A stretch of DNA of 64,000 nucleotides from the NCBI GenBank assembly GCA_963652335.1, contig CAVJSS010000001.1, positions 60 through 64,059 of the forward strand, written 5' to 3'. Both the position numbers and the translations under genes were made by a program. Every line of letters begins with the position of its first letter. Position 1 is the stretch's first letter. Of this stretch, positions 36,169 to 46,011 are shown piece by piece. This stretch comes from an uncultured Eubacteriales bacterium (GTDB lineage: Bacteria > Bacillota_I > Bacilli_A > RFN20 > CAG-826). The notes below the pieces were generated by a model. The model had not been told where the DNA came from, searched no databases, and saw nothing but the letters and a program-made list of their open reading frames with translations.

Positions 36169-37555
36169 AGAATTTTTGGATAAAAGAAGCGAATATGATT
36201 TCAAAACCGACGCTGAAGTCGTTTTTTCGACCGGCAAAGGATTAAACGATGATGTCGTCAAAGCCATTTCAAAACACAAAAACGAACCGGAATGGATGAT
36301 GGAATATCGTCTTAAGGCTTTACGCGCTTTTAGCAAAATGCCTCTTCCTGCCTATGGGCCGGATCTTTCGTTTTTGGACTTTGATAGCTATACCTATTAC
36401 AATCAGGTTTCAAGCAAAGAACAGTCAGATTGGGACGATGTTCCTGAAGCTGTCAAAAACACTTTCGACCGTTTGGGAATTCCAAAGGCCGAACAAAAAT
36501 ATTTGGCGGGCGTAACCACCCAATTCGAATCGGAAGTCGTCTATCATAACATGCTTCAAGAAGTAGAAGAAAAAGGCGTCATTTTCCTTTCTACCGACAT
36601 GGGCCTTCGCTTGTTCCCTGATCTATTCAAGAAATATTTTGGAACGGTTGTGCCTATAGCCGATAACAAATTCGCCGCTTTAAACAGCGCCGTTTGGTCT
36701 GGCGGATCGTTTATTTATGTTCCAAAAGGCGTAAAGTTGGAAAAGCCGCTTCAGTCTTATTTCAGAATCAATAATGAAAAGACCGGACAATTCGAGAGAT
36801 CTCTGATAATTTGCGACGAAGGATCGGAAATCCATTACGTCGAAGGCTGCACGGCACCGGTATATCAAAAAGAATCGCTGCATGCCGCAGTCGTCGAAAT
36901 CGTCGTTTTGAAAGGGGCACATTGCCGTTATACAACAGTCCAAAATTGGTCCAACAACATCGTCAATTTGGTTACCCAAAGGGCATTGGTTGAGGAAAAC
37001 GGGTTTATGGAATGGGTCGATGGGAACATCGGCTCCTATAGGAATATGAAATATCCGGCCTGCATCCTTAAAGGAGATGGGGCGAAAGGCTCCGTCATTT
37101 CCATTGCTGTCGGTGGTCCAGACCAATTTCAGGATAACGGATCAAGAATGATCCATATTGGGAAAAACACCTCGTCAACCGTTATTTCCAAATCGATATG
37201 CAGGGGCGGTGGAACTGCTAATTTCAGAGGAACTATCCGCATTATGCCTAGCGCCAGCAACAGCCACGCCCACGAAGAATGCGATACCTTGATTTTGGAT
37301 GATAAATCATTCTCTGACACCTATCCGAAGAATGAGATGAAGGATTCCACTTCCTATATCGAACATGAGGCGACTGTTTCCAAAATCAACGAAGACCAAT
37401 TGTTTTATTTGATGAGCAGGGGCTTGTCCAAAGAACAAGCGACCCAAATGATCGTCATGGGATTCATTGAGCCGTTCGCCAAAGAATTGCCAATGGAATA
37501 TGCGGTCGAACTTAACCAATTGCTGAAATTGGATATGTCGGAATCGATTGGATAA
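36161..37555 (+). CDS. sufB: Fe-S cluster assembly protein SufB
   Basis: 464 aa with typical SufB core motifs. The order sufC-D-S-U-B matches Bacillus. Confidence 0.9.
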   Translation: MAEEFLDKRSEYDFKTDAEVVFSTGKGLNDDVVKAISKHKNEPEWMMEYRLKALRAFSKMPLPAYGPDLSFLDFDSYTYYNQVSSKEQSDWDDVPEAVKNTFDRLGIPKAEQKYLAGVTTQFESEVVYHNMLQEVEEKGVIFLSTDMGLRLFPDLFKKYFGTVVPIADNKFAALNSAVWSGGSFIYVPKGVKLEKPLQSYFRINNEKTGQFERSLIICDEGSEIHYVEGCTAPVYQKESLHAAVVEIVVLKGAHCRYTTVQNWSNNIVNLVTQRALVEENGFMEWVDGNIGSYRNMKYPACILKGDGAKGSVISIAVGGPDQFQDNGSRMIHIGKNTSSTVISKSICRGGGTANFRGTIRIMPSASNSHAHEECDTLILDDKSFSDTYPKNEMKDSTSYIEHEATVSKINEDQLFYLMSRGLSKEQATQMIVMGFIEPFAKELPMEYAVELNQLLKLDMSESIG

Positions 37556-37556
37556 T

Positions 37557-39428
37557 ATGAAGTATCAGGTAATCGTCATAGGAGGCGGACATGCCGGAAT
37601 CGAAGCCGCGGCTGCTGCTGCGCATCTGAACATGCGCACTCTTTTAATCACCTTAAACAAAAAAATGATCGGCAACACTCCGTGCAACCCTCATATCGGT
37701 GGATCGGCAAAGGGCATTGTCGTAAGAGAAATCGACGCCTTAGGCGGGATGATGGGAAAATTTGCCGATCATCACCCACTTCAGATAAAAATGCTAAACA
37801 CCGCCAAAGGCCCCGGCGTTCAATGCTTAAGGGCCCAAGTGGACAAAAAAGAATATCCAGCCTTCGTTCAAGGCGTCCTTGAAAAAATCGACGATCTGAC
37901 GATTTTGGAAGATGAAGTGAAATCTTTGATCGTGGAAAACGGAACGATCAAAGGAGTCAATCTCGGGTCGGGGAAAGCGATTATGGCGGATGCTGTGATA
38001 ATCACGACTGGAACCTATATGAATTCTTCGATAATTTCAGGCTGGGATTCCTTTAAAGGTGGACCCGATGGCGAAAAAGCATCCATTGGTTTAAGCGAGA
38101 ACCTACGTGATTTGGGCGTTTCGATCAGAAGGCTTAAGACCGGGACTCCTCCAAGAGTGGATGGCAAAACCATCGATTGGTCAAAAGGTTCCATCCAACC
38201 TGGAATGGGTGGCGAACTCGCATTTTCCTACGAAACGAAAGCATTCACCCCATTGAAAGAACAATTGCCTTGCTATTTGATCTATACCAGCGACGAAACG
38301 ATAAAAATCATCAAAGATCATTTAAGCGAATCAGCGGTTTTCAATGGCATTATAACAGGAATTGGCCCACGTTATTGCCCATCAATCGAATCAAAGGTAG
38401 TCAGATTCGCCGACAAGCCAAGACATCAGCTATTCTTGGAACCGGAATTCCGAGATGGCGATTCGATTTATGTCCAAGGATTTTCGACCGGATTCGATCA
38501 TCAAATCCAAGAAAGATTGATACATAGTTTGCCCGGCTTGGAAAAAGCCAAAATCCTTAAATATGCCTACCAGATAGAATATGATGCGGTGGATCCTTTC
38601 GAATTAAAGAAGAATTTGGAATTCAAAAAAATCAAAGGATTGTTCGGAGCTGGCCAAATATGCGGCACGTCTGGCTATGAAGAAGCTGCTGGATTGGGCT
38701 TGATGGCTGGGATAAATGCCGTGCGTTACCTAAAAAAAGAAGAACCTTTCATCCTTAGAAGAGATGAATCATACATCGGCGTCATGATCGATGATTTGGT
38801 CACGAAGGGGGCTGATGAACCTTATCGTTTGTTATCCTCTAGGGCTGAATATCGTTTGCTTCTAAGGCACGATAACGCGGATGAAAGATTGACTGCTTAT
38901 GGTCATGATATAGGACTTATCTCCGATGAAAGATACGAAATTTATCTTTCGAATCAAAAAAAGATAGCCGAAGCAATCGAAATAATGTCCAAGACAAACC
39001 TAAGTGACAAAGAATATCTAAGGCCATTTCTGGAAGCTTCTGGATATTCTGATTTCAATGTCGGGCATCGATGTATCGACCTTTTGAAAAGGCCAGGCCT
39101 TCATTATAGTGAAATCAAAGCCGCGACTCCTGAATTGAAAGATTACGAATTCAATGAGAATTCGATTCTTTCTTTGGAAACAAAGGTGAAATATGAGGGC
39201 TATATCAAAAAAGCCCTTTCGGATGCCGAAAGGACAAGAAAAATGGAATTTGCCAAGCTCCCTGCCGATATTGATTATCAAAAACTGGATGGACTCCGTT
39301 TGGAAGCCCGTCAAAAACTCAATATGGTCAAACCGACGACGATTGGGCAGGCTGGACGCATCGCTGGGGTCAATCCGGCCGATATATCGGCTTTGATATT
39401 GATTCTGAAAAAGGAAGGACGCTTATGA
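37557..39428 (+). CDS. mnmG: tRNA uridine 5-carboxymethylaminomethyl modification enzyme MnmG
   Basis: 623 aa from the ATG at 37557 (MKYQVIVIGGGHAGIEAA). Confidence 0.92.
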   Translation: MKYQVIVIGGGHAGIEAAAAAAHLNMRTLLITLNKKMIGNTPCNPHIGGSAKGIVVREIDALGGMMGKFADHHPLQIKMLNTAKGPGVQCLRAQVDKKEYPAFVQGVLEKIDDLTILEDEVKSLIVENGTIKGVNLGSGKAIMADAVIITTGTYMNSSIISGWDSFKGGPDGEKASIGLSENLRDLGVSIRRLKTGTPPRVDGKTIDWSKGSIQPGMGGELAFSYETKAFTPLKEQLPCYLIYTSDETIKIIKDHLSESAVFNGIITGIGPRYCPSIESKVVRFADKPRHQLFLEPEFRDGDSIYVQGFSTGFDHQIQERLIHSLPGLEKAKILKYAYQIEYDAVDPFELKKNLEFKKIKGLFGAGQICGTSGYEEAAGLGLMAGINAVRYLKKEEPFILRRDESYIGVMIDDLVTKGADEPYRLLSSRAEYRLLLRHDNADERLTAYGHDIGLISDERYEIYLSNQKKIAEAIEIMSKTNLSDKEYLRPFLEASGYSDFNVGHRCIDLLKRPGLHYSEIKAATPELKDYEFNENSILSLETKVKYEGYIKKALSDAERTRKMEFAKLPADIDYQKLDGLRLEARQKLNMVKPTTIGQAGRIAGVNPADISALILILKKEGRL

Positions 39429-40117
39429 CATACGAAGAACTTTTGGACACATATTCTCCGCTGAATATCCTTTCCGAGAAAAAAATCGAATTATTGAAGC
39501 GCTATGCCGAATTGCTTTTGAAAGCCAATGAGAAATTTAATCTAACGGCCATCAAAGAAGTGCCGGATATAGTTGAAAAACATTTTTATGATTGCCTTTT
39601 GCCATTGAAACGATTCGATCTTAAAAACAAAAAAATCCTTGATGTCGGAAGCGGAGGAGGATTTCCTGGATTGGTTTTCGCGATTTCCTTGCCAGAAAGC
39701 CAATTGACTTTGCTTGATGCAACTTTGAAAAAATGCGTGTTTTTGGAAGAAACAGCCAAAGCTTTGGGATTAACGAACGTCAAAGTCGTGAATTCCAGAG
39801 CAGAAGATTTCAAAATGAAAAATTGCTTCGATGTAGTTACTGCCAGAGCGGTGGCATTTATGCCAAAGCTTTTGGAAATCACGGCCCCCTTTGTTAAAGT
39901 AGATGGGAAGATTCTTTTGATGAAATCCTTAAAAGGAAAGGAAGAACTTAAAGAAAGCCAAAAAGCGATAAAAACTCTTAATTTGGAATTGATCGAATGT
40001 CAAAACGAAATCATGCCAAACAAAGAAGAAAGATCGAACTTCCTATTCGTTAAGAAAAAAGAAACCGCTAGGAAATACCCACGTTCATGGAAGGAAATAA
40101 TGGAAAATCCCCTATAA
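39425..40117 (+). CDS. rsmG: 16S rRNA (guanine527-N7)-methyltransferase RsmG
   Basis: 230 aa with an ATGA overlap with mnmG and the SAM motif LDVGSGGGFPGL. Confidence 0.9.
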   Translation: MTYEELLDTYSPLNILSEKKIELLKRYAELLLKANEKFNLTAIKEVPDIVEKHFYDCLLPLKRFDLKNKKILDVGSGGGFPGLVFAISLPESQLTLLDATLKKCVFLEETAKALGLTNVKVVNSRAEDFKMKNCFDVVTARAVAFMPKLLEITAPFVKVDGKILLMKSLKGKEELKESQKAIKTLNLELIECQNEIMPNKEERSNFLFVKKKETARKYPRSWKEIMENPL

Positions 40118-40150
40118 ATCGTTTACAAAACTTTTATTAGTCCTACAATA

Positions 40151-40319
40151 AGTTCGCTTCAGGGAGACGTTAGAATCGTCGACTGGCGGTAAAGTCCGCG
40201 AGCCTATAATGGCACGAACTGGTGAGATTCCAGTACCAACGGTAAAGTCCGGATGGAAGAAGCGTTGCATCAATCCTATTTCGGTTGATTGTTCGCCCCT
40301 GCAGCAAGGGGGTATTTTT
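40151..40319 (+). promoter_or_regulatory. FMN riboswitch (RFN element) with an SD-sequestering/terminator-like hairpin
   Basis: Conserved RFN segments are present: CUUCAGGG, GGCGGUAAAGUCCGCGAGCC, GGUGAGAUUCCAGUACCAACGGUAAAGUCCGGAUGGAAGAAGCG. P1 pairs CGCUUC (40155-40160) with GAAGCG (40259-40264). A CCCCU/AGGGG hairpin (40296-40311) covers the AGGGGG SD ahead of the ATG at 40320. Confidence 0.85.
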
Positions 40320-41015
40320 ATGAAAGATTGGCAGATTTACGTATCTGTCTTTGGCATCTTCTTACTCGTCTTGATTGCAGCTATTTTCATTGGCAAGAAG
40401 ACAGGGAAAAAGAAGAGGACGCCAGTTAGGATGTGCGCTCGTGTGGCTGTATTCGGGTCGCTTTCGGCTATCCTTTATGTCATTCCGGTTTTCCAAATTC
40501 ATTTTCCATTCTTCCCAAGTTTCTTGGCTATTCATTTCGACGAGATTCCAACTTTCATCGCCGGATTCGCTTATGGACCTTGGGCCGCTATTGGGGTAAT
40601 TGCCATCAAAACGATAATAAAATTGCCATTTACGTCCACTTTATGCGTGGGCGAATTGGCAGACCTTATCTTTTCTTTGTCTTATGTTCTCCCAGCCGTC
40701 TTGATCTATAAAAAATGGAGAAACCTCAAAGGCGTGGCGTTGGGCTTTGCGGTTGGAACGGTATGCCAATTGGTGGTTTCGTTGATAATGAACATTTATG
40801 CCATGCTTCCGTTTTACATGTTCGTTATGGGGTTTCCGGAGGAAGCGTTGCTTTCTTTGTGCCAAGCCGCTAATCCAAAGATAACTTCATTGGGGTGGCC
40901 GTACGGGCTTTATGCGGTGCTACCTTTAAATGCGATGAAGGATGCTATCGTAATGGTGGTTACTTTCATCGTTTATCGTTACATACACGTTCTATTGAGA
41001 TTCGATAGGGATTAA
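40320..41015 (+). CDS. ribU: ECF-transporter S component for riboflavin (RibU-like)
   Basis: 231 aa from the ATG at 40320 (MKDWQIYVSVFG). It is a multi-TM protein immediately downstream of the FMN riboswitch. The ORF-track N-terminal extension (40209-40319) is the riboswitch itself. Confidence 0.8.
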   Translation: MKDWQIYVSVFGIFLLVLIAAIFIGKKTGKKKRTPVRMCARVAVFGSLSAILYVIPVFQIHFPFFPSFLAIHFDEIPTFIAGFAYGPWAAIGVIAIKTIIKLPFTSTLCVGELADLIFSLSYVLPAVLIYKKWRNLKGVALGFAVGTVCQLVVSLIMNIYAMLPFYMFVMGFPEEALLSLCQAANPKITSLGWPYGLYAVLPLNAMKDAIVMVVTFIVYRYIHVLLRFDRD

Positions 41016-41046
41016 GAAAAAAGGCTTGCGATGGGCAAGCCTTTTC
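41016..41046. terminator. Bidirectional terminator between ribU and the ferredoxin gene
   Basis: 8-bp stem AGGCTTGC / GCAAGCCT with a 5-nt loop, flanked by an A-run and a T-run. Confidence 0.8.
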
Positions 41047-41058
41047 AATCATCGTCAA

Positions 41059-41241
41059 TTATTCGATCGTGATAGCGGAAACTGGGCAGTTGGCGGCAGC
41101 TTCTTCGGCAGAGGCGTCAGCCTCGACTCCTTCGATAGCGGTAGCCTTTCCATCATCTCCGAATTCGAAAACGTCTGGGGCGCTTCCGACACAGAGACCG
41201 CATCCGATGCAAGCGTCATTGTTAACTGTGGCTTTTGGCAT
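41059..41241 (-). CDS. Small 4Fe-4S ferredoxin
   Basis: 60 aa from MPKATVNNDACIGCGLC....CP. A GGAGGA RBS lies 7 nt upstream of this ATG, so the longer 79-aa ORF is unlikely. Confidence 0.85.
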   Translation of the reverse strand: MPKATVNNDACIGCGLCVGSAPDVFEFGDDGKATAIEGVEADASAEEAAANCPVSAITIE

Positions 41242-41372
41242 TGTTGGATCCTCCAAAATAAGTAGCCTAATTATATTGTCGTTGAATGTTTTCTTCAATA
41301 ATATGAACGAAATTTCAAATTAGCGTCCATTCATGAATGAATGTGGCGCTTCTTTAGAGTAAAATACGAGTT

Positions 41373-41669
41373 ATGAAGAGCAGGATCGAGAAATATGAAA
41401 AATACAGATCCAGGATCGCCAGGGCGCCGGAATGGAGTTTCAGGCTTGATAGAAAAAGTTCTTCAAAACATTCGGCTGATGAAAGGGCTATGGAAGGAAA
41501 ATCTATCGGTTCTAGAGCCATTTTGCTTGAAAGTGAGAAAAAAGGTCCGAGAATCGTTGGCTATGAGAAATACCGCCAATCCAAGCAAACGATCAATATT
41601 CTCAAATACACCTTGTTTGCAGTCAGCATCATCTTCATGATTGTTCTCTATATTACTTGGGCGAGGTAA
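41373..41669 (+). CDS. Hypothetical small protein with a C-terminal transmembrane anchor
   Basis: 98-aa ORF with a basic N-terminal region and one C-terminal TM (YTLFAVSIIFMIVLYITW). It has no clear RBS and lies directly upstream of cmk. Confidence 0.45.
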   Translation: MKSRIEKYEKYRSRIARAPEWSFRLDRKSSSKHSADERAMEGKSIGSRAILLESEKKGPRIVGYEKYRQSKQTINILKYTLFAVSIIFMIVLYITWAR

Positions 41670-41674
41670 CTGCA

Positions 41675-42346
41675 ATGTCAAATATCGCAATCGCAATCGA
41701 TGGTCCTGCCGCAGCAGGTAAGTCAACCGTGGCAAAAGCCGTCGCATCGGCTTTAGGCTTTACTTATATCGATACTGGGGCTATGTATCGAGCCGTTACC
41801 TATGCCGTCATCCAAGCCGGATTGGATCCGCAAAATGAAACCCAAGCGGTCAAGGTTTTGCCAGGATTGTCAATCGAATTGAAACAAGACGGGACTGTTT
41901 TATGCAACGGCGAAGACGTGACAAAACAAATTAGATTGCCTTTGGTTTCCGGCCAAGTCAGTTATATCGCGGCGATGAAACCCGTTCGTTTGGCATTGAT
42001 TGAGATGCAGCGCCAAATGGCTGATTCCAAATCGGTTGTGATGGATGGCAGAGATATCGGCACTTATGTTTTGCCAAATGCCCAAGTGAAGATTTTTCAA
42101 ATCGCATCCGTTGAGACAAGAGCTGTCCGCCGCTATGAGGAAAATCTCGAAAAAGGAATCCATTGCACGTTGAAAAGCGTGGAAGAAGAGCTCAGGCTCA
42201 GAGATAAGATCGATTCCGGGAGGGAATTCGACCCACTTAAGCCGGCTATCGATTCGGTTCTTTTGGATACGTCTTGCCTAACGATAAAAGAATCCATCGA
42301 CGCCATTTTGGAAATCATCGAAAGAAAGACGGGAGTCAAAGCATAA
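41675..42346 (+). CDS. cmk: Cytidylate kinase
   Basis: 223 aa from the ATG at 41675, with P-loop IAIDGPAAAGKSTVAK. Confidence 0.9.
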   Translation: MSNIAIAIDGPAAAGKSTVAKAVASALGFTYIDTGAMYRAVTYAVIQAGLDPQNETQAVKVLPGLSIELKQDGTVLCNGEDVTKQIRLPLVSGQVSYIAAMKPVRLALIEMQRQMADSKSVVMDGRDIGTYVLPNAQVKIFQIASVETRAVRRYEENLEKGIHCTLKSVEEELRLRDKIDSGREFDPLKPAIDSVLLDTSCLTIKESIDAILEIIERKTGVKA

Positions 42347-43650
42347 TGCAGTTAGGAACATTGGCTATAGTTGGTGCTCCGAGCGCTGGAAAAAGCACCA
42401 TATTCAATCGAATAGTCGGCGAAAGGCGGGCAATTGTTGAGCCAACCAGAGGCGTGACCAGAGATAGGCTTTACGGAAAAGGCGAATGGCTGACCAAAGA
42501 ATTCACCGTGATCGATACCGGAGGCATTCAGATAAAAGACGCTCCTTTCCAGGTGGAAATCAGGGCCCAAGTCGACATTGCTATCGAACAAGCCGACGTG
42601 ATTCTTTTCATCGTGGATGGAAAATTAGGGCGTTCCCAAGATGATGAATTCATTGCCAGATTGCTTCAAAAGAGCGGAAAGCCGATTATTTTGGCGGCAA
42701 ACAAAATCGACTCCATACAAGAAATAGCAGACTTATCGGAATTCTATCGTTTGGGCTTGGGAGAGCCGTTGGCCGTTTCTGGCGCTCATGGCATAGGCAT
42801 CGGCGACCTTTTAGATAAAGTGGTATCCTTGCTTCCGGGAAAAGAAGAAAGCGTTTATGGAGATGCCATATCTTTTTGTCTTATCGGTAGACCGAATGTC
42901 GGCAAGTCGTCATTGTCGAACCGCTTTTTGAACAAGGAAAGGACCATTGTTTCCAACATTGCCGGCACAACCAGGGATTCCGTCGATTCTCCGTTTAGCT
43001 TCAATGGGCAAAATTATGTCGTCATCGATACGGCTGGTTTAGTGAAACGCGGCAAAATCTATGAAGCGATCGACAAATATGCTGCCTTAAGGGCCTTAGC
43101 GGCTATCGATCGGTCCCAAGTGGCCCTTCTTTTGATTGATGGAGAGGTCGGAATAACCGAACAAGACAAACATGTGGTCGGCTATGCGGTGGAAGCGAAA
43201 AAAGCCATCGTTATCGTCGTCAATAAGTGGGATGTGGCCAAAAACGAGAAGGACGCTGAAGAATTCACGAGAGAAATCAAAAAGGAATTCAAGTTTTTGG
43301 ACTATGCCCAGATTCTTTATGTTTCGGCCAAAACAGGTCATAATGTCGAAAAGATCCTCCCAGCCATCAAAAAAGCCTACGAAGGGTACAATAGAAGAAT
43401 CCCGACCAATGTTTTGAATGAAATAATATTGGATGCCCAAGCCATGAATCCTACCCCATTATTCAATCATGGTCGCCTTAAAATCGTTTACGCTTCCCAA
43501 ATCGATGTTTGCCCACCGAAATTCGTTTTCTTTTGCAACGATCCGAAATTCGTGCATTTCAGTTATACGAGATATTTGCTCAATAGACTTAGGGAAACGT
43601 TTGATTTCGAAGGCAGCCCGATCGATATAATTTATAGACAAAGGAAATAA
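42346..43650 (+). CDS. der: Ribosome-associated GTPase Der (EngA)
   Basis: 434 aa from the ATG at 42346. It has two G domains (GAPSAGKST, GRPNVGKSS) and a KH-like C-terminus. The cmk-der order matches Bacillus. Confidence 0.92.
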   Translation: MQLGTLAIVGAPSAGKSTIFNRIVGERRAIVEPTRGVTRDRLYGKGEWLTKEFTVIDTGGIQIKDAPFQVEIRAQVDIAIEQADVILFIVDGKLGRSQDDEFIARLLQKSGKPIILAANKIDSIQEIADLSEFYRLGLGEPLAVSGAHGIGIGDLLDKVVSLLPGKEESVYGDAISFCLIGRPNVGKSSLSNRFLNKERTIVSNIAGTTRDSVDSPFSFNGQNYVVIDTAGLVKRGKIYEAIDKYAALRALAAIDRSQVALLLIDGEVGITEQDKHVVGYAVEAKKAIVIVVNKWDVAKNEKDAEEFTREIKKEFKFLDYAQILYVSAKTGHNVEKILPAIKKAYEGYNRRIPTNVLNEIILDAQAMNPTPLFNHGRLKIVYASQIDVCPPKFVFFCNDPKFVHFSYTRYLLNRLRETFDFEGSPIDIIYRQRK

Positions 43651-43697
43651 TTCAGAGAAAACAATAGCTAGTTCTTATCTAAGTTTTTCACTTCTTC

Positions 43698-43725
43698 TTG
43701 AAATAGTTCGTCAATGTGATAAATT
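43698..43725 (+). promoter_or_regulatory. Candidate promoter of hup
   Basis: -35 TTGAAA (43698-43703), 16-nt spacer, extended -10 TGaTAAATT (43717-43725). Confidence 0.5.
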
Positions 43726-43757
43726 CATCTCAGTCCACCTATATAGGAGAAAAAAAC

Positions 43758-44033
43758 ATGAACAAAACCGATTTGATTCTTGCAGTCGCCGAAAAGGCCG
43801 AGGTCTCAAAAAGAGAAGCCGAAGACGTCATCGAAGCCGCTCTCGCCATCGTCGAAGCCGCTTTGATCAAAGGCGAAGCAGTCAAGATTTCCGGCTTTGG
43901 TGTTCTCACCAAGAAGGAACGTGCCCAAAGAGAAGGAACCAATCCTTCCAACCAGGAAAAGATCGTTATCCCATCTTCCGCGACCGTCAATTTGAAGGTC
44001 TCCAAATCCTTGAAAGAAAAGCTCAACGGCTAA
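43758..44033 (+). CDS. hup: DNA-binding protein HU
   Basis: 91 aa from the ATG at 43758 (MNKTDLILAVAEKA...), preceded by an AGGAGA RBS. Confidence 0.92.
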   Translation: MNKTDLILAVAEKAEVSKREAEDVIEAALAIVEAALIKGEAVKISGFGVLTKKERAQREGTNPSNQEKIVIPSSATVNLKVSKSLKEKLNG

Positions 44034-44050
44034 TTTAAACCAAGCAAGGA

Positions 44051-44083
44051 AAATCCAGGGAATTTGTTTCCTGGATTTTTTCT
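44051..44083 (+). terminator. Rho-independent terminator after hup
   Basis: 9-bp stem AAATCCAGG / CCTGGATTT followed by a T-run. Confidence 0.8.
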
Positions 44084-44100
44084 TTTGTTAGAATATTGTC

Positions 44101-44721
44101 ATGAGAGATTCTATCTTTGATGAACTTAAGGTGAGGTTCAACGAAAAAGGCAAAAGGCTGTATCTTGTTGGAGGCTCAGTCAGAGATCTTCTTTTAAATA
44201 GGCCTTATACCGACCATGATATGGCCACTGACGCCACGCCGAACGAAATGAAAGAGATCGTGCCTGAAGGAAACTTCGTTTTCGCCAAATATGGGTCTGT
44301 GAGGCTGAAGGCAAATAACGAAGAAGTCGATATAACCACTTTGCGAAAAGAAGGCGAATACAATGATTCGAGACATCCGTCATATATTGAATTCGTTTCC
44401 GATCCAAAAATCGATGCGAAAAGAAGGGACTTCACCATCAATGCGATGTATCTTGATGAAAGTTACAATCTTTTGGATTTTTATTCCGGCAAAGATGATT
44501 TAGATAATAAAACGATCAGATTCATCGGCGACCCGAAAACAAGAATCATCGAAGATCCGCTGCGTATTTGTCGTGCCGAACGTTTCAAAGAGACGCTTGG
44601 ATTCACTTTCGCAAAGGAAACCGAAGAAGCTTTGGATTCATCACGCTGCTTGCTTAATGTCATCAAGAAAGAGAAAATCGAGGAGGAAAAAAGAAAACTT
44701 CTCAGAGGAAAAAAACAATGA
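44101..44721 (+). CDS. Short class-II nucleotidyltransferase (CCA-adding/poly(A) polymerase head and neck only)
   Basis: 206 aa. Motifs: LVGGSVRDLLL..DHDMAT, RRDFTINAMY, EDPLRICRAERF. The protein ends about 180 aa earlier than typical CCA enzymes. Confidence 0.75.
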   Translation: MRDSIFDELKVRFNEKGKRLYLVGGSVRDLLLNRPYTDHDMATDATPNEMKEIVPEGNFVFAKYGSVRLKANNEEVDITTLRKEGEYNDSRHPSYIEFVSDPKIDAKRRDFTINAMYLDESYNLLDFYSGKDDLDNKTIRFIGDPKTRIIEDPLRICRAERFKETLGFTFAKETEEALDSSRCLLNVIKKEKIEEEKRKLLRGKKQ

Positions 44722-45374
44722 ATTCGAATGGAATATATGGTGCGGTAAGTTTCCGTTACATGATTTTGGAGCAATATAAAAGCTTAGGATTGAACGAAAA
44801 GGAATTGGCGACTTTGCTGATGGTCGATCATTTGCTATCCCAAGGCAATTCTTTGATCAACGCCGATTCGCTTTCTTTGAAGATGAGCATGGATAGCAAA
44901 GAAATCGATGCCATCCTTGCCAGCTTGCTTAATAGGAAAATGATCGCTTACGAGATGAAAGATGGCAAATTGGTAACCACCTTGACTCCTTTATATGACA
45001 AATTGGGCAAGGCTTTCGCCAAAAAGATGCGTTATGTCGAAGAAAAATCAAAATTAGAAGAAATCGATAAAAGAGTGGCGGCCTTAAATGAATTCTTCGA
45101 AGATAGATGGCTTAGGACCTTGACTCCTCTTGAAAAAAGCAAGCTATACGATTGGGTTAATGCAGGATACAAAGATCTTGAAATCCAAAATGCGTTAAGA
45201 GACGGCTTAAAGGAAAATAAGCCTAACGTTCGTTTCATCGATCGGAAGCTTAGGTCGATGAGGGCTGCTTCCGACATCGAAGCCGAAGGCTATACGGCTA
45301 CCTCTGAAAACTGGGATAAAAACATATCTGAGTCCTTGAAAATAGCCAAAGACAAATGGGACGATGAAAACTAA
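44718..45374 (+). CDS. dnaD: Replication initiation/primosome protein DnaD
   Basis: 218 aa with DnaD-like N-terminal wHTH and C-terminal domains. It lies immediately upstream of nth, as in Bacillus. Confidence 0.75.
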   Translation: MNSNGIYGAVSFRYMILEQYKSLGLNEKELATLLMVDHLLSQGNSLINADSLSLKMSMDSKEIDAILASLLNRKMIAYEMKDGKLVTTLTPLYDKLGKAFAKKMRYVEEKSKLEEIDKRVAALNEFFEDRWLRTLTPLEKSKLYDWVNAGYKDLEIQNALRDGLKENKPNVRFIDRKLRSMRAASDIEAEGYTATSENWDKNISESLKIAKDKWDDEN

Positions 45375-46011
45375 ATCGAAAATCCTTTTGGACTATCTTC
45401 ATGCCTATTATTCCGATTCTAAATGCGGATTGGTTTTTTCTTCGGATCTTGAATGTTTGTGCGCTATCCTTCTTTCGGCTCAGACAACTGATGCTTCAGT
45501 CAACAAAGCGACCCCGAAATTGTTTGAAAAATACAAAACCGCCGAAGATTTAGCCAACGCCAAGATCGAAGATATAGAAGATATGATTCATTCCTTGGGC
45601 CTTTATCGCAATAAGGCCTTAAATCTTAAAAACCTTGGTTCCGCTTTGCTGAAAAGATTCAATGGGGAAGTCCCACATGATTTCGATTTATTGAAGTCCC
45701 TTCCTGGGGTTGGAAGCAAAACGGCAGGAGTGTTTTTGCTAGAAAGGGATAATAGGGCCTCCATCCCGGTTGATACCCATATCGGAAGAATCTCATCTCG
45801 TTTGCAATATGTCAAAAATAGCGAGACTCCTATTCAAAAAGAATTGAAACTGGAAAAAGAATTTCCAAAGGACGAATGGAAATTCCTCCATCATTCTTTG
45901 ATATGGTTCGGCAGGAAAGAATGCAAAGCCGTAAGGCCGGATTGCTCAAGATGTCCAATGGGAAAATATTGCCTTCATTTCAAAAACGCTTTATCAACGA
46001 CCGATAAGTAG
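45364..46011 (+). CDS. nth: Endonuclease III
   Basis: 215 aa with HhH motif LPGVGSKTAGV and Fe-S cluster motif CKAVRPDCSRCPMGKYC. Confidence 0.92.
   Translation: MKTKSKILLDYLHAYYSDSKCGLVFSSDLECLCAILLSAQTTDASVNKATPKLFEKYKTAEDLANAKIEDIEDMIHSLGLYRNKALNLKNLGSALLKRFNGEVPHDFDLLKSLPGVGSKTAGVFLLERDNRASIPVDTHIGRISSRLQYVKNSETPIQKELKLEKEFPKDEWKFLHHSLIWFGRKECKAVRPDCSRCPMGKYCLHFKNALSTTDK

Noticed and set aside
40209-40319. N-terminal 37-aa extension of the ribU ORF given in the track.
   Set aside because: The region is the FMN riboswitch aptamer and expression platform. The SD sequence and MKDWQ start at 40320 fit much better.
41242-41298. Longer 79-aa form of the ferredoxin.
   Set aside because: A GGAGGA RBS sits inside the extension, 7 nt before the internal ATG. 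Ferredoxins of this type are about 55-62 aa.
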